Made by a program: the position numbers and the translations under genes. 64,000 bases of DNA from the human T2T-CHM13v2.0 reference genome, Homo sapiens. The notes beneath the pieces are model-generated. The model worked only from the letters and a program-made list of their open reading frames with translations. It ran no database searches and was not told the DNA's origin. Below are positions 29,690 through 46,468 of the stretch, in pieces. The DNA lies in assembly GCF_009914755.1 (NCBI RefSeq), contig NC_060937.1; one strand, given 5' to 3'. The first letter of the stretch is position 1. Every line of letters begins with the position of its first letter.

Positions 29690-30129
29690 TGACTGACCCT
29701 TGAACAACATAAATTTGAACTATGCTCTCCCACTTATATGTGGATTTTCTTCCACCTCTGCTGCCACCCGAGGTAGAAAGATCAACCCCTCCTATTCCTC
29801 CTCTTTCTGTGCCTACTCAACGTGAAGATGATGAGGATGCAGACTGTTATGAGGATCCGCTTCTATTTAATGAATAGTCAATATAGTTTCTCTTCCTCAT
29901 GATTTTCTTTATAGCATTTTGTTTTTCTCTAGCTTACTTTATTGTAAGAATACAGTATGTACTACATATACAAAATATGTGTTAATTGATGGTCCACACT
30001 GTCAGTAAGGCTTCTTGTCAACAGTAGGCTATCAGTTGTTAAGTATTCAGGGAGTCAAAAATTGTACATGGATTTTCAACTGTGCAGATGGTCAGCACTC
30101 CAATGCCTGCATTGTTCAAGGGTCGACTG
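29690..30129 (+). mobile_element. Tigger2a/MER28-like DNA transposon (MITE)
   Basis: Terminal inverted repeats gacccttgaacaa / ttgttcaagggtc, TA flanks, ~440 bp. Confidence 0.85.
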
Positions 30130-30928
30130 TATTTATTAAGGGTTATGGGTTTTATGAGGAGGAAAAGAGCTGAAGAATAAGGACATCTGGTTAATGAAAT
30201 GAAAGCTGTAATTTATCTAAGCCTCTGCATGCTTTGGTATTCCTAGGTAAGAGTGTTCTATCAGTGGTGGCAATATCTATTGGTGATCAGGTAACTAATG
30301 GAAGATTCTGGTCTTTGGAAGGTGGTGGAAGTGATGTCTTTCAGAGTGGGTGATGAAATGGTGGTTTAGAATTGAAGAGACAACATCCAGCAAAGTACAA
30401 ATGGGTTGCTCCGTTTGATCCTGGAGGATATCTTCATGATCTGTGATATTCTGAGGACTCTAAAAATAACCTAGAATATAAGAGAATGGAAAAGTCCTAA
30501 ATTGAATAGATAGGAACAAAAGTGAATGGACTTGGGGTTACTCCATTCAATATATGCTATTGGAGGCCCTGACTGTGCCATCCATTGTTCTAGGCAGTAG
30601 CAATACAGTAGTGTTTAAGATATGACCCCGGGCCTTAGTAGCCCTGAGTTTGGAGCCTAATTTGTAGCAACAAATTGGAGAGCACAAAAGGAAATAGTCA
30701 TATGGAAATAGTTACAATTCATAGTTATAATGAATTGTAAATAAATGGTCTTAATATTGCAATGAAAAAAATAATGTGTATGTTTTAAAGTTAATTTCCA
30801 GATCATGTCTCTCCTTTGAATAAAATTGTCTAATTTCTATTCCAGTTTCCACAAATGTGGTATTTCTCTCATAACACAATTTTCTTTCATACTAATACTT
30901 TAGATTTTTTTTTTTAATCTCAGATTTT

Positions 30929-31979
30929 TGTTGTGGGAAGTCAGGGACCCTGAACGGAGGGACCAGCTGGAGCCACAGCAGAGGAAACATAAATCATGAA
31001 GATTTCATGGACATTTATCACTTCCCTAATAATACTCTTATAATTTCTTACACCTGTCTTACTTTCATTTCTTAATCCTTTTATCTTCGTAAGCTGAGGA
31101 TGTACTACATCACTTCAGGACCTTGTGATGATTGTGTTAACTGTACAAATTGATTGTAAAACATGTGTGTTCGAACAATATGAAATAAGTGCACCTTGAA
31201 AATGAACAGAATAACAGTGATTTTAGGGAAGAAGGGAAGACAACCATAAGGTCTGACTGCCTGCAGGGTCGGGCAAAAAGGGCCATATTTTTCTTCTTGC
31301 AGAGAGCCTATAGACGGACATGCAAGTAGGAGAGATATGGCTAAATTCTTTTCCTAGCAAGGAATATTAAGACCCTAGGAAAAGAATTGCATTCCTAGAG
31401 GGAGGTCAATAAACAGCCGCTCTGGGAATATCTGTCTTATGTGGTTGAGATAGGGACTGAAATATGCCCTGGTCTCTTGCAGTACCCTCAGGCTTACTAG
31501 GATTGGGAATTCCACCCTGGTAAATTTGAGGTCACACCAGTTCTCTGCTCTTGAACCCTGTTTTCTGTTGATTAAGATGTTTATCAAGGCAATACGTGCA
31601 CAGCTGAACATAGACCCTTACCAGGAGTTTTTGATTTTGCCCTTTGCCTTGTGATCTTGCTTTGCCCTTTGCCTTGTGATCTTTATTGGCCTCAGAAGCA
31701 TATGATCTTTGTTCTCCTTTTTGCCCGTTGAAGCATGTGATCTTTGTGACCTACTCCTTGTTCTTACACCCCCTTCCCTTTTGAAGTTCTTAATAAAAAC
31801 CTGCTGGTTTTGTGGCACAGGTGGGCATCACGGACCTACAGATATGTGATGTCACCCCCAGCGGTCCAGTTGTAAAATTCCTGTCTTTGTACTCTTTCTC
31901 ATTATTTGTCAGACTGGCCGACACTCAGGGAAAATAGAAAGAACCTACGTTGAAATATTGGGGGTGGGTTCCCCCGATA
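30929..31979 (+). mobile_element. MER11 (HERV-K11/HML-8) solo LTR
   Basis: Starts tgttgtgggaagtcagggaccc, ends gggttcccccgata; perfect 6-bp TSD GATTTT; AATAAA ~31791; internal tandem ttgccctttgccttgtgatc. Confidence 0.9.
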
Positions 31980-32757
31980 GATTTTGATGACTATTCCATT
32001 TCTTACTGAATAACATCTCAAGATCCAGGTAAAAAGACTACAAAAAAAGATATTTTATTTTTTCAACATACAAAATTAAGCAGATTTTGGTAGAAGGGCT
32101 ATTTTGGGAATTGATTTGGTTTTGCTTTGTTTTATTTTAACCCAAAATTAATATCATAGTTATTATGTTTTTAAAACTCATGCCTTTCTTTATTAATAAA
32201 ACCTACATATATGTAAATATAATTTACTTAGGCTGTCCATGTGTTATTATGACTTTTGACAATTTATAAGAACTCCTAAACTTTAAGTTGGTTATTTAAA
32301 ACCTTCAAGAATGTTTTCTGAAATAAACTGTCAGTATATGTATTCATACACTTTGAAAGAAGCAGAAATGGGAAGAGAGTTACAAAGGAAATACAAATAT
32401 TGTAAAACTAATATATTTATTTAAGTTGTTCCATGTATTTAATATTTGGTGACTGTTTATAAATAGTAATAACCTATTACCTAAATACATTAAATTCTTA
32501 CTTTGACACTCAAGACATTTCAATAAAAAAGATATGTTTGGATCTTCATGGGGGATAAACTCCTGAAATATCCAATGTTTTTGTTATAGACGATATTGCT
32601 AATTATCATTAATATTTGGGATCTATAGCATGGACTCTAAAGCAAAATTTGATGGGCTTAATTCTGGGTACATGTACAATCAACCTCCTGAGTAATAATA
32701 TGCTTCAACTTTATAATGCATTTTAATTTGCAAAGCGCTTTCTTTTGTATCTAATAG

Positions 32758-32800
32758 TGCTACCACTATAGCTCAAAAGCAATTTCATTCTTGTAAACAG
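32758..32800 (+). other. Candidate small exon
   Basis: ctttcttttgtatctaatAG acceptor; CAG|GTAAAT donor. Confidence 0.25.
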
Positions 32801-33194
32801 GTAAATGTATGCTTTACTTTTGTAAAACAATTATACTGTTTTTCAATATCAATTTTATTTAAATGACACACTGTCTTATTTAAATAAATAATATTGTATT
32901 TGGCCTTCAAGGAGCATGGCTTGAGTCTTAATAAAATTAAGCAAAGCAATATTTCACTAAAAAGGATTTAAATGTATTGTTTTCTTTAATGTCTGCATTT
33001 TTATTCTTTTAAATTTGTATTCTTGGCCCTGCATGATACATTTACAACCCTGTAGCTATTAATATAATATTCATGTTATATGGGGAATAAGGCAAAACAC
33101 ATTTGAAATGGCAAGTGTGTTTAAGAGCCTCATAGGGACATTGATATCTATCTTCTCAGAAATGAAAGTTTATTTTATTTTATTTCTGTTTCAG

Positions 33195-33272
33195 CCTCTA
33201 GTTTGTAGCAACTCAGCATTCTGCAAAGACTCTGCTCCAGCTGGGCAAGTAACCTTGTTATTGCATACACAG
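33195..33272 (+). other. Candidate exon (78 nt)
   Basis: Strong acceptor ttttatttctgtttcAG and perfect donor CAG|GTAAGT in non-repeat DNA. Confidence 0.45.
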
Positions 33273-33925
33273 GTAAGTCAATTATACATTTTGCAAAGAG
33301 TACTTTGTCACAGGCCTCACTATAAATAGCAATGAAGTAGCTTGATTTAATTGAAATAATGTGTAACTTCTTTTATATAATTGGATTTAGTTTCTAGTCC
33401 TTGTATCTGACTAACAGTAAAGCATATTAACATAAAAATTTATTATTTAATAATTTCTACATATGTTTGCTTATGTGAGAGTAGTACTAAGCAAAAAAGC
33501 CTCAGGGCCTCAAGTTCCAGAGAGAATAGAGTAAGAGGCAGATGATGCTCAAACGTACCTCCTCACATTTACTCAGATGTTTTGGATACTGTTTGGTGCT
33601 TCTTGGATTTTTCTTTCTTCTTTTTTAATCTCAAAATTTGACTATAGCAGGAAATTTATTCTCTTGTTCTGATCATCCTTTAATCTCATATTTTCTTCTT
33701 CCCATGGTCAAAACCCTTATATTGTTATTATAATATGAGTATTTTTGTATTGCTAGAAATCTTAAGCTGATTTTCTGGTCTTTAATATCTCTTCCTTCCA
33801 AAGACTCATTACCAGCAAGTAATTTTTATTAAAATACTGTTTTAATTAAATGCATTTTAATCCATATTGAACAGCAAGTGAACCTTTAAAAATATTATTA
33901 AATAAAATTATCTATCTTTTACAAA

Positions 33926-33968
<43 letters not shown>
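33926..33968. repeat. (TATC)~10 tetranucleotide STR
   Basis: Perfect TATC array seen directly. Confidence 0.95.
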
Positions 33969-34234
33969 AAACACTTCTGTGTTTCTCCTAGGTCTTCAAT
34001 AAGTACTAAGCAGCTCAAAAATTAAAGAGAAGAAAGGGATCTGCAATAGTACATTGCAATAACGTGTTATTAACAATAATACCTGTTTCAGAAAGAAAAA
34101 AAACAAAAATATGTTAGAACAAAACATGAAAATACCAAAAATAGCAGAAAAAACCTGATAAGAACAACCACCTGAGCATAGGACAGATGTCTTTCCTCAT
34201 CATCTTGGTACCTGTGGTAGATATTACCACTGTT

Positions 34235-34490
34235 TGCCAATGTCTTGTTCTCCTCTATTTCCTGGCATATTGGAACATAACAGGTACCTTGATAACGTAT
34301 GGCCAAGTGATGTGCTCTGCCCAATGAAATCTGAGTAGCAGTGATATATAGCACTTTCAGGTAGATGCATTTAAGAAGCAGTTCCAATGATTCCAATGAT
34401 AGACATGTGCATAGAGTGAGAAAATAGTAGAACATAATGTTTTGACAATATTGATGTTTTGGAGTTATTGCAATCTGATATAGTACCCTG
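34235..34490 (+). mobile_element. Old MLT1-type MaLR LTR fragment
   Basis: ctctgcccaatgaaatctgagtagcagtgata resembles old MLT1 LTRs; degraded. Confidence 0.5.
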
Positions 34491-35188
34491 AAGTCTACTT
34501 TTCAGCACATTGGTAAGGGAAGAATATACATTGTTTACTGCTTTACCTATTTTTTGAACCTAGTATCGATGTATAAAATATAAAGGCGATGACATTAAAT
34601 CAATCAAATAATAAACTTGAGAGAGAGGAAATTGTACAGAACTTCTACAGAGTCTCTTATTTTTGAAGTGATAATCTGATGTAAAAGCTATATGTAATAA
34701 ACAATCTCAATCATTTCCACAAAGAAGCCAGAGTTGACCAAAGCACTTTATAACTGACATCAAATATCACCATTTCACTTTCATTTGCTTACCCATTTAT
34801 TGCATGAGAGAAACTTATTAAAATGTGGAAAATCATAAAATAGAATGACACATTTTAGACACCCTCTATTAACTAGCAAGGTGAATCATAAATCTTGTTT
34901 ACAGTGCACAAGTCTTAGATTGAGTCAAATATTTGGGAAGCCTTTTCATCAACAAGGTAAAATCAGAAACTGTAGTTATTCATTTTTCATACACTCAAAT
35001 TCCTCGAGGTTTTGTTACAGGGAAAGGTATAAGTGTAAAAGAGGCTAAAAACCTGAGAAAGTAAAGGAAGAGAAAAATGAGATAAAATGCTATATGTTGA
35101 CTGAAATTTCCTTTATTTTATATAGATCAGTAAACATTTAAAAATATAGTTTTACAAAGTTATATTACCTCATCCATCAAGTAAAAAT

Positions 35189-35222
35189 TACACACACATA
35201 TGCACACACACACACACACACA
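35189..35222. repeat. (CA)n microsatellite
   Basis: Directly visible. Confidence 0.9.
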
Positions 35223-35644
35223 GACTTAAAATGAAGATGTGTGTAAATCTATTCCAAAAATTTTAAGGAAAGTTAGCAATATGTGGCAAACTTATTAGGT
35301 CACTTAGTTTCAATATTTAAAAAATGAAATTACTATAAATGATCTAAATAACTAATATGTAATGAAGTTAATATTTGATTTAGACATATTTCCCTTAAGC
35401 TGCAAGCATGCTTAGACAACATTCTAGTTTTTATGCTTGCAGAAAAGTGCTCTGGAGCTAGTTAGCCTGGTTAAAATGCTACAGCACTGCTTGTCAGCTG
35501 TGGGACCTGGAGAAGTATATTTCACATCCCTACTCTTTGGTTTCCTTGTATGTTGAATGGGAATAATTACAGTACTGATTCCATATGGCTACTTTTAGGA
35601 TTAAATTAACTGAGACAAGGTATAACCCTAGCACAGAGCAATTG

Positions 35645-36377
35645 TGAAACTTCTTTTGCCAAAATATCGTAACAGTGACAAAATAATGACAGTGAAAGAT
35701 ATCTGAAGTACCCGTCTCCATCTTGCCTTTATCATCCAAGCTGCCTTTGTTCATTCCTGGGTGTACGCTGAATTTTGGGAGGGATGTTTTACAGTTTAAT
35801 TTTGAAACAAAGATGGTAACACCCCCTCCCAGGAACAAACTTCTTTCTTTCCTGGGGACCAGACTACCTTTGTAAAACTAACAAATTAGTCAGAAGATTA
35901 GAAATTATGGTTTGAGATTCATGCAGCCAGCCAGAGGCCACAAGATTCCTAATCTCCCCAATTGCTCCTATGGATACCATTACTATTGTAAAACCTAGCA
36001 TTGGTGTTCAAGATATTTTTCAGACCTCGTATCCTGAAAAATCGGCTGGCACCACCCAAATCAGTAAAGTGGCTCATCTGGCCTTGTTGCCCCCTCCCAG
36101 GAACTGACTCAGCATAAGGGAACAAGTTTGACTCTCTGATTTCATCCCTGACCTAAGCAATCAGCATTCTCCATTCCCTAGACCCCTGCCCACCAAACCA
36201 CCTTAAAAAAAACTCTAGTCTCTGAATTTTCAGGGAGGCTGATTTGAGTAAATAATAGCCCTCTGGTCTCCTAGGTCTCTGCCTCTTCATCTATTAAACT
36301 CTTTCTATCACAGTCCCCATCTTGATATATTCGTTCTATCTCGGCAGTGGGCAAGATGAACCTGTTGGGCTGTTACA
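35645..36377 (+). mobile_element. LTR8-like solo ERV1 LTR inserted in a MIR
   Basis: TG...CA ends (tgaaac...tgttaca), perfect 4-bp TSD ATTG, ATTAAA ~36294; MIR-like sequence at ~35440-35640. Confidence 0.85.
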
Positions 36378-38619
36378 ATTGTGTAATAAATTTTAATTAT
36401 TCATATTGTCATTTTCTTGAACAAGAAAAAACTACAGTGAGTGTTTTAAAAGTAAGTAAGTTTAAGTGGAGTTTTAATTGCTCAAAATTTTTCTTTTTTA
36501 TCATATTACAATATTACAATGCTCTTCAAGAAAAAAATGTTTTATTATATAATACTCATATAAAACTGATGGTCAGCTGCAGGATCTTATCCTGATGATC
36601 AATTTTTTCCAGTATCGAATTATCACTGGTGTGAATTTAATTTTCTGAATTTCTTTAAAAGAGAATAAAATGAAAAACCCTGGCATCAGCATTAAAATTA
36701 CACTAAGAGAAACCTAAAGAATGAACTGAGTTTACCTTTCTTTTAGATTCTGTTTTAACAGGGCTTCTAATATTCCTTTTCTTTCCCTTCTGCATTTTTC
36801 TGATGAACATTTTCTAAATTAATGTAGTCAAATATTTTCTGAATATACGTTCTGGGTAAAGTAATTTCTTTTTTTTTTCTGGAGAGACAAAAGATAAATT
36901 GGAAATAATTTTTGTCCTCAAGGAGCTTAGAGATGTAGTAGGAGGAGAAAAACATGTAAATACATGTAAAATTTCAATACCGTGGACAATCATTAAATAG
37001 AAGCATATACAAAGGAAAGAAGGTCATATGTCAAGAGTCCATTAGGTAAGGCTAGCAATTAGTAAGGTTAGATGCTTAAGAATCTTCTGTTTTGATTGAT
37101 GTGGAGACACTTCAGTGGATGAAAGGCAGATACCAAGAGAAAGGAATTATTTAAAGTACTGAGTTCCAGGCATATGAAGCAAATTATGCCAAGAGAAGCA
37201 ACGGGAAAGACTCCATTGTAAAAACTACAAGAATTAGCAAGTGTTCATGATAGGGGTGCAAAGGAGAGAAGTCATGAGTGCAGATCATAAAAGGCCTTGC
37301 ATCATCATTTAAAAACATTTAATGTTTATCTGCTGAATTATGGAAAACCATTGAATGTCTCATGAAGCATAATGATGTAATCCTATTACAGAGATATTGA
37401 AGCAGCAGTATTGAGAAACAATAATTAATGGAATCAGGTGGGCAATGGAGGAAGATCAGTTTTCAGAGGCTTGCAGATTTCTGGTTTGGAATAAGTAGTA
37501 CTAAGTTATGCTAACCATAAAAAATAGTGTAGTAAAAACAAACAATAGGTCTGCATTTTTTTAAAAACTGCAATAAACAGGGTATTACTTATTGGACTAT
37601 ATAATCTGAATGTGTTACAGGTTCTAACTACTTTTATGTCATTGCTCAGGAAAAACATTTGGTTTTGAAAGATTACCTGGTTAGCCATATATATGAAAAT
37701 AATGTTTATTTACAACAAAGCAGCCCTGTACTCCAAATACTTTACCATAGGGGAAAAACAAGAACACCAGTGTCAGCATTATGCAGTATACACTAGACCC
37801 TTAATAAGTACTATGTGATAATTATTGCTATAATAAAAGAGAATGTGCTTTTGACTATTAATTTTCTAAACAGTTTAAGTATGACTTTTTGAGGTAATAG
37901 TCAGATTGAACACCATCATAGAAAGTAATACAAAATTACCATTTCAATTTCAGGGGCACATGGAATGAACTTAGAATAGGTTAAGTCTAGGAGTGACTTG
38001 TAAAAGGCTGTCTCAGATTTTGCTTTTGAAGGAGCTCATGTAAGTTATGGCGCCATGTGGCAAAGTTATTCTCAGTATAGTTATGCAAAGAGACACAGAC
38101 TATCTCAGGTTGGTAAAATTTCATTTAGCTCAGTATAGCATACACAGTAACTTAGTAATATAAGGGAGTTATCATCATCTCTAGCACACTATCACAGAGG
38201 AACTTAGTCCTCAAAGAGAGTGTGTTGTTTATTTTACTCAGCATAAAACGAGTATTCTCCCTCTTTTTCCCACTCTAGTAATTTTCTCTAAGTTTCAACG
38301 TTCTTTGAAATTTAAAATAAGTGAATCAGTAGTTCTGAAAAGAATTAAACAAAATTGCTTGTTAATTTTTTTGTAATTTTAAAAGATAGGAGTAGAAAAA
38401 TGTGAGTTAATTTAAATTCTCCCAATTTTTTATGTGTTTGAGATTTTTATTACATACATTTTTAATGCAGGAACATATTTTATGTTTTCTAATTTTTTTC
38501 TACATTACCTAAATGATCAAAATTTCATATGAAGAATACAGAAAAATAGCAATTCAGAATTATTTTCCAAAATCATTGAAATTCCTTGTATTTATATACC
38601 CATTATATTGTTTAAATGC

Positions 38620-39890
38620 ATTCATATTCTCAGGCAACATACTCAATGAAAACTTGCAAAAATAATACAAAGAATGCTATACATCCAACATATAGAGAAC
38701 CTCTAATTGATTTCATAGTGTATTCTTTTTTTTAACAGCAAAAAAATCCAAACTAGGATCATATATTGCACTCACTTATTTAGACTTTCTCTTATGTCTT
38801 TCTAGTTTCCTTCAATCTGAAATAATTTATCAGCCTTTATTGGCTTACATGACTAAGAAATTTTTATTACAAACCAATAATTTTGTAGAATATTTTTTCA
38901 TGTGTGTTTATAGGATATTTCTGCGTGAGTAGATTCAGGTGATGCATTGTTTAGCTAAATTATCACAGAAATAATACTGCTATCTCATGGCATTCTATCA
39001 AGTGACACCCAATGTCTACTGGATTCGTTACTTGCAGTGTTAAATTGGGCTACTCAAGATGATATCAGACAGATTTTGCCATCATAAAGCGATGTTTCCC
39101 CATCCCATTCCCACTACAATTAATGAGTCCTTTATGACAAGATATTTCGAAACCATGTAAATCTCAAATTTTCATCCCTCTTTCCACATTAGTTTTAGCA
39201 TCCATTGATATTTCTCAGGTAAATTAATGAATTATTAATATGATGGTTGTCAAATGTGATTTTCTAATTTAATATTTTATTCTACATTTCTAGTTGGTGT
39301 TCTATGGTAAGAAAGGTATTTGACTTCTATTTATTCTGTATTAGTATCTGTGTTGATCCACACATTTCTGTTTTAATTAGAACAATCTAATATTAGTAGG
39401 ATTTTAATGCTCAAATTGCCTTAGATTTAATTGAAAAAGCTCCTTGAAGCTGGCTTCTGTGTTATTTTAATATACCCCTATAATTTTACAAGAAATTGTT
39501 TATTTTTCTCACACACAAAAATTATTTCAGGGTCAGATTACTCTTTCTTTTCCTTTGTCCTGGAATTGAACATTTTTCTAAGGTATTTAAAAATCAAGGT
39601 CTGAGTTCTAAGTGTCCTTATTATTGCCCCCAGGTATGCTCAGAGGACAGAAGGCTGGAAGGAAGGGAAGAAGGTAGAAAAACAAGAGTGAAAAAGAGGG
39701 TTTCCGATTTATGGATGTATATTAAAGCATATTGAAGATATCAGGTGATTTCATCCCTTTATACACTTCAGCATATATCTCCAAATGGTAAGAACATATG
39801 ACTAATTTCATAATAAAAATAATGGCATTTTTAACCAAAATTTAAAATAATGTATTGATTTTATATAGCACCCAGTTCATAACAAAATAA
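38620..39890 (-). mobile_element. Old L1M (L1MC/ME-like) 3' fragments
   Basis: Degraded antisense L1M 3'UTR motifs; boundaries approximate. Confidence 0.5.
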
Positions 39891-40290
39891 AATAGTTCCC
39901 TCTAATCCTCTGAGGATACATTCCAAGATCCCCAGTGGACGCAGGAAATCTAGGATAGTACCAATTTACATATTTTACGTTTTTTCCTATACAAACATTT
40001 GTATTATAAAGTTTAAAGTACAAATTTAGGATAGCAAGATATTAGCAACAATATCTGATAAGAACTAGAACAATTATAATAATATAACTGTCATAAAGCA
40101 GATGATTCATACCCTAGGTGGGATAGAGTTGGGACAGTGCAAAATTTTATTATGTATTCAGAACAGCATGCACTTTAAAACTTATAAATTGTTCATTTCT
40201 GGCATTTTTCACTTAATATTTTTGAAATGCAGATGACTGATGGTAACTGAAGCCATGGAAAGTGAATACACAGATAAGGGGTGACTACTG
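39891..40290 (+). mobile_element. MER44-like (Tigger7) MITE
   Basis: gatacattccaagatccccagtgga near the start; ends gataaggggtgactactg|ta. Confidence 0.75.
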
Positions 40291-40959
40291 TACCACTGAT
40301 TGACTAAAAAAATGTATATTTCAACAAAGCTAGGGGCATCAAACTATCTGATTTTGAAATATGTTCTACAAAGCTATAGTCCTTAAAAGAGCATGGCAGT
40401 GGCATAAAAAATAGACACACCAACAAACAGAAAAGAATAGAGAACCCAGAAATGAACCTATGCATTTACAGTCAGTTGTTTTCTGACAAAGGTTCTAAAA
40501 ACACAAAATGAGAAAAGGACAGTTTTTAAAAATATATATAAATGACATTGGACATCCATGTGCAGAAGAATGAGATTGGACCCTCATCTTACAACATCTA
40601 CAAAAATCAACTCAAAATGGATTGAAGGCTTAAATATGAGACCTGAAATTGTAAAACCACTAAACAAAAACATAAGGGGAAACCTCCACAACATTGGACT
40701 GGGCAATGAGTTTTTGGATTTGACCCCCAAAACACAGGGAATAAAAGCAAAAATAGATGAATAGTATTGCATTATACTAAAAAGTTCCTGCACAGCAAAG
40801 GGAACAATTAACAGAGTAAAGAGAGAATCTATGGAGTAACAGAAAATACTTGCAAATCATAAAACTGATAAGGGATTAATATCCAAAATGTATAACGAAT
40901 CAAACGACTCAATAACAAGAAAACAAATAACTCAATTTACAATAAATATGGGCAAAGTA

Positions 40960-43905
<2,946 letters not shown>

Positions 43906-45008
43906 ATGAATTGATATTTGTCAAAAAAATACATAAAAATAGCCAACAAGCATATGAAAAAAAATGCTTAACATCATCAGTCATCAGAGAAATGCACGTT
44001 AAAACCACAATAAAATATCTTCTCATACATGTTAGAATGACTATATTCAGAAAGGTGAAAGATCATAAGTGGTGAGTATGTAGAGAAAAAGGAACCCTTA
44101 TACACTGTTGGCAAGGATGCAATTTAGTACAGACATTATGGAAAAGTCTGGAAGTTCCTTTAAAAACTAAAAATGGAACTACCATATGATTCAGCAATCC
44201 CACCACTGGGCATATATCCAAAGAAATTGAAATCAGTAGTTTGAAGAGATATCTGCACTCCCATGTTCATTGCAGCATTATTCACAATAGCCAAGATGTG
44301 GAATCAACCTAAGTGTACATCAAATGATGAATGAATAAAGAAAGTGGGATTATATGTACAATGGAATACCATTCAGTCTTACAAAAATAGAATGGAATTC
44401 TGTTTTGTGCAACAACATGGATAAAACTTGGAGGGCATTATGCCAAGTGACATTAAGTAGGCACAAAAAGACTGTTACCGCATGAGCTTACTTGTATGTG
44501 GAATCTAAAAATGTCGATCTCATAAAAGTTGAGAGGAGAATGGTGGTTATCGAAGGCTGGTTTGGGGCTGGGGCATTAAGTGTAGACATGTGCATTAAAG
44601 GGTACAAGTTTCAGTTAGGAGGAATACGTTTTTGAGGTTTATTGCACAGCAGAGTATAGTTAATAATAACATATTTCAAAATTGCTAAGGGAGTACATTT
44701 CAGATGTTCTTACAACAAAAAATTAATATGTGAGGTAATGGGTATATGAATTATCTTGATTTTATTATTTCACAATATGTACATCTCTTACATCACATTG
44801 TCCTTCATAGATACTTGTCAATTCAAAAAAATTATTTAAAATATTTATGATATGCCCCCCAAAAAAGTCTTAAAGTTGGTCTGTTCAGTTCAGTCTGTAA
44901 TAAATGCCCATATCTTGCATTGTGTTGTATTTAAGTATTTTTTAAATTAGGTGTTTCCTCTAACATTTTTATTCCATTAACTCTTGAAGAAACAGAATCA
45001 GTTGTCCT

Positions 45009-45509
45009 TGATCAAAAAGGTGTTAATTTCCCCTTCAGCTGGAGTAAACATTAGACAAGTTTCATTTTACCCATAGGTTTCTGAGCTACCTTTTCTTATA
45101 GCATTTGCTTTATAAAGTATGCAATTTTAAATCATTTATCTGCTTCTTTGAGATGCAAATCATGAAGCCTCTTGCCGAATTTACAACTTAGGAATCTCTT
45201 TCTCAAGGATCTGGGAGTCATCCCATTGAAATGCAATCATCAAGAATGATAGAACCTCTATCTTTCAGTCTCTGTGAGAGGAGAGGTGCCAATTAGGTAT
45301 CAATTAGGAAACATAGATGGTCTAATCCTATTTATCAACCTATCCTGTAAAGTTTTCCAGTACTGTTCCACTAGCATGTCCTGGTGCTTAAAGCTCTCCA
45401 GCCTTTTGTTTCAAGACAGTTGAATTCAACATCCCTTTCCTATTGCAATAGTCTTGTATAAGGTCTTCCTTACCTGTTTAACTTGTCCAGTTCAATTTTC
45501 TATTAACAT
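45009..45509 (+). mobile_element. Old ERV1 solo LTR (MER67-like, tentative)
   Basis: TG...AACA ends, ~500 bp, 3' end ggtcttccttacctgtttaacttgtccag typical of MER31/MER67-type LTRs. Confidence 0.55.
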
Positions 45510-45687
45510 ATTGAAGCCTGCCCATTCCTCCAAAGTCATCTTTGTAGCTCCTTGTCACAGAGGTTTAGTCTCTGTGTTTCCTGTAAACTGGTAGTTAGAC
45601 ATAAAATTTTGAATAGCTCTAAGTTCAATTTATTAGCAAGAATACTTAAGAGGTGATTCTGCCTTATTAATATAGGAGGTACATATC

Positions 45688-46468
45688 GTGGATTAAATTA
45701 TATGTCCCCAAAATAGATATGTCAAAGCCCTAACCCACTATTAAAAGAAACTTTCAGACAAAACAAATTTAGCAGAGTTTATTTGAGCAAAGATTGGTTT
45801 AGAATAACTCAGAACCAGAAGAAGTTCGGAGCGGTTCACCCAGCTGTGTGAAGAGTGAGCTTGTAGAGGTCAAATAGGGATGCAAAATGGAGAAATCGCC
45901 TGATTGACTACAGCCAGGCATCTGCCTTATTTGGGCATAGTGTGTTCACTTGGCTAGCTGTGATTAGTTAAGCTTAACTGTTTGTGATTGGCTGAAACCC
46001 TGGTTATTTGTTACAAAACTATACTTTTAAATTAGCTTTTTTTTTCTTTTCATACTAAGTTAGATTGCAATTGGTTATGGAAGAACTCAAAGTAGGGAGA
46101 AAGCCTTCAGCAGCTTATATTACATCTCAATGTAACTGTATTTAGATATAAGCCCTTTAAACCGGCATTTAAAGTTTAATGACGTCATAAGGGTGGAGGC
46201 CTATAGCATCCAATAAGATTGGTGTTCTTACAACAGGTGAGAGAGACAGACACTGGGAGTGCTCATGCGCAGAGGAAAGGCCGTAGGAGGATGCTATAAA
46301 AAGGCTGTTGTCTGCAAGCCAAGGGGTGAGGCCTCGGGAGAAACCAAGCCTGTTGACACCACGATCTTGGACTTCCACCCCTTCAGAACCGTGAGAAAAT
46401 AAGTTTCTGTTGTTTAAGGCTCCTAGTCTGTGGTGTTTTGTTATGGCAGTCCTAGATGAGTAATATAG
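45688..46468 (+). mobile_element. MLT1A/B-like MaLR LTR interrupted by another LTR (~45739-46120)
   Basis: MLT1 start gtggattaaattatatgtccccaaaa...ccctaaccc resumes at ctcaatgtaactgtattt; insert begins attaaaagaaactttcagacaaa (antisense ERV1-like LTR). Confidence 0.7.
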
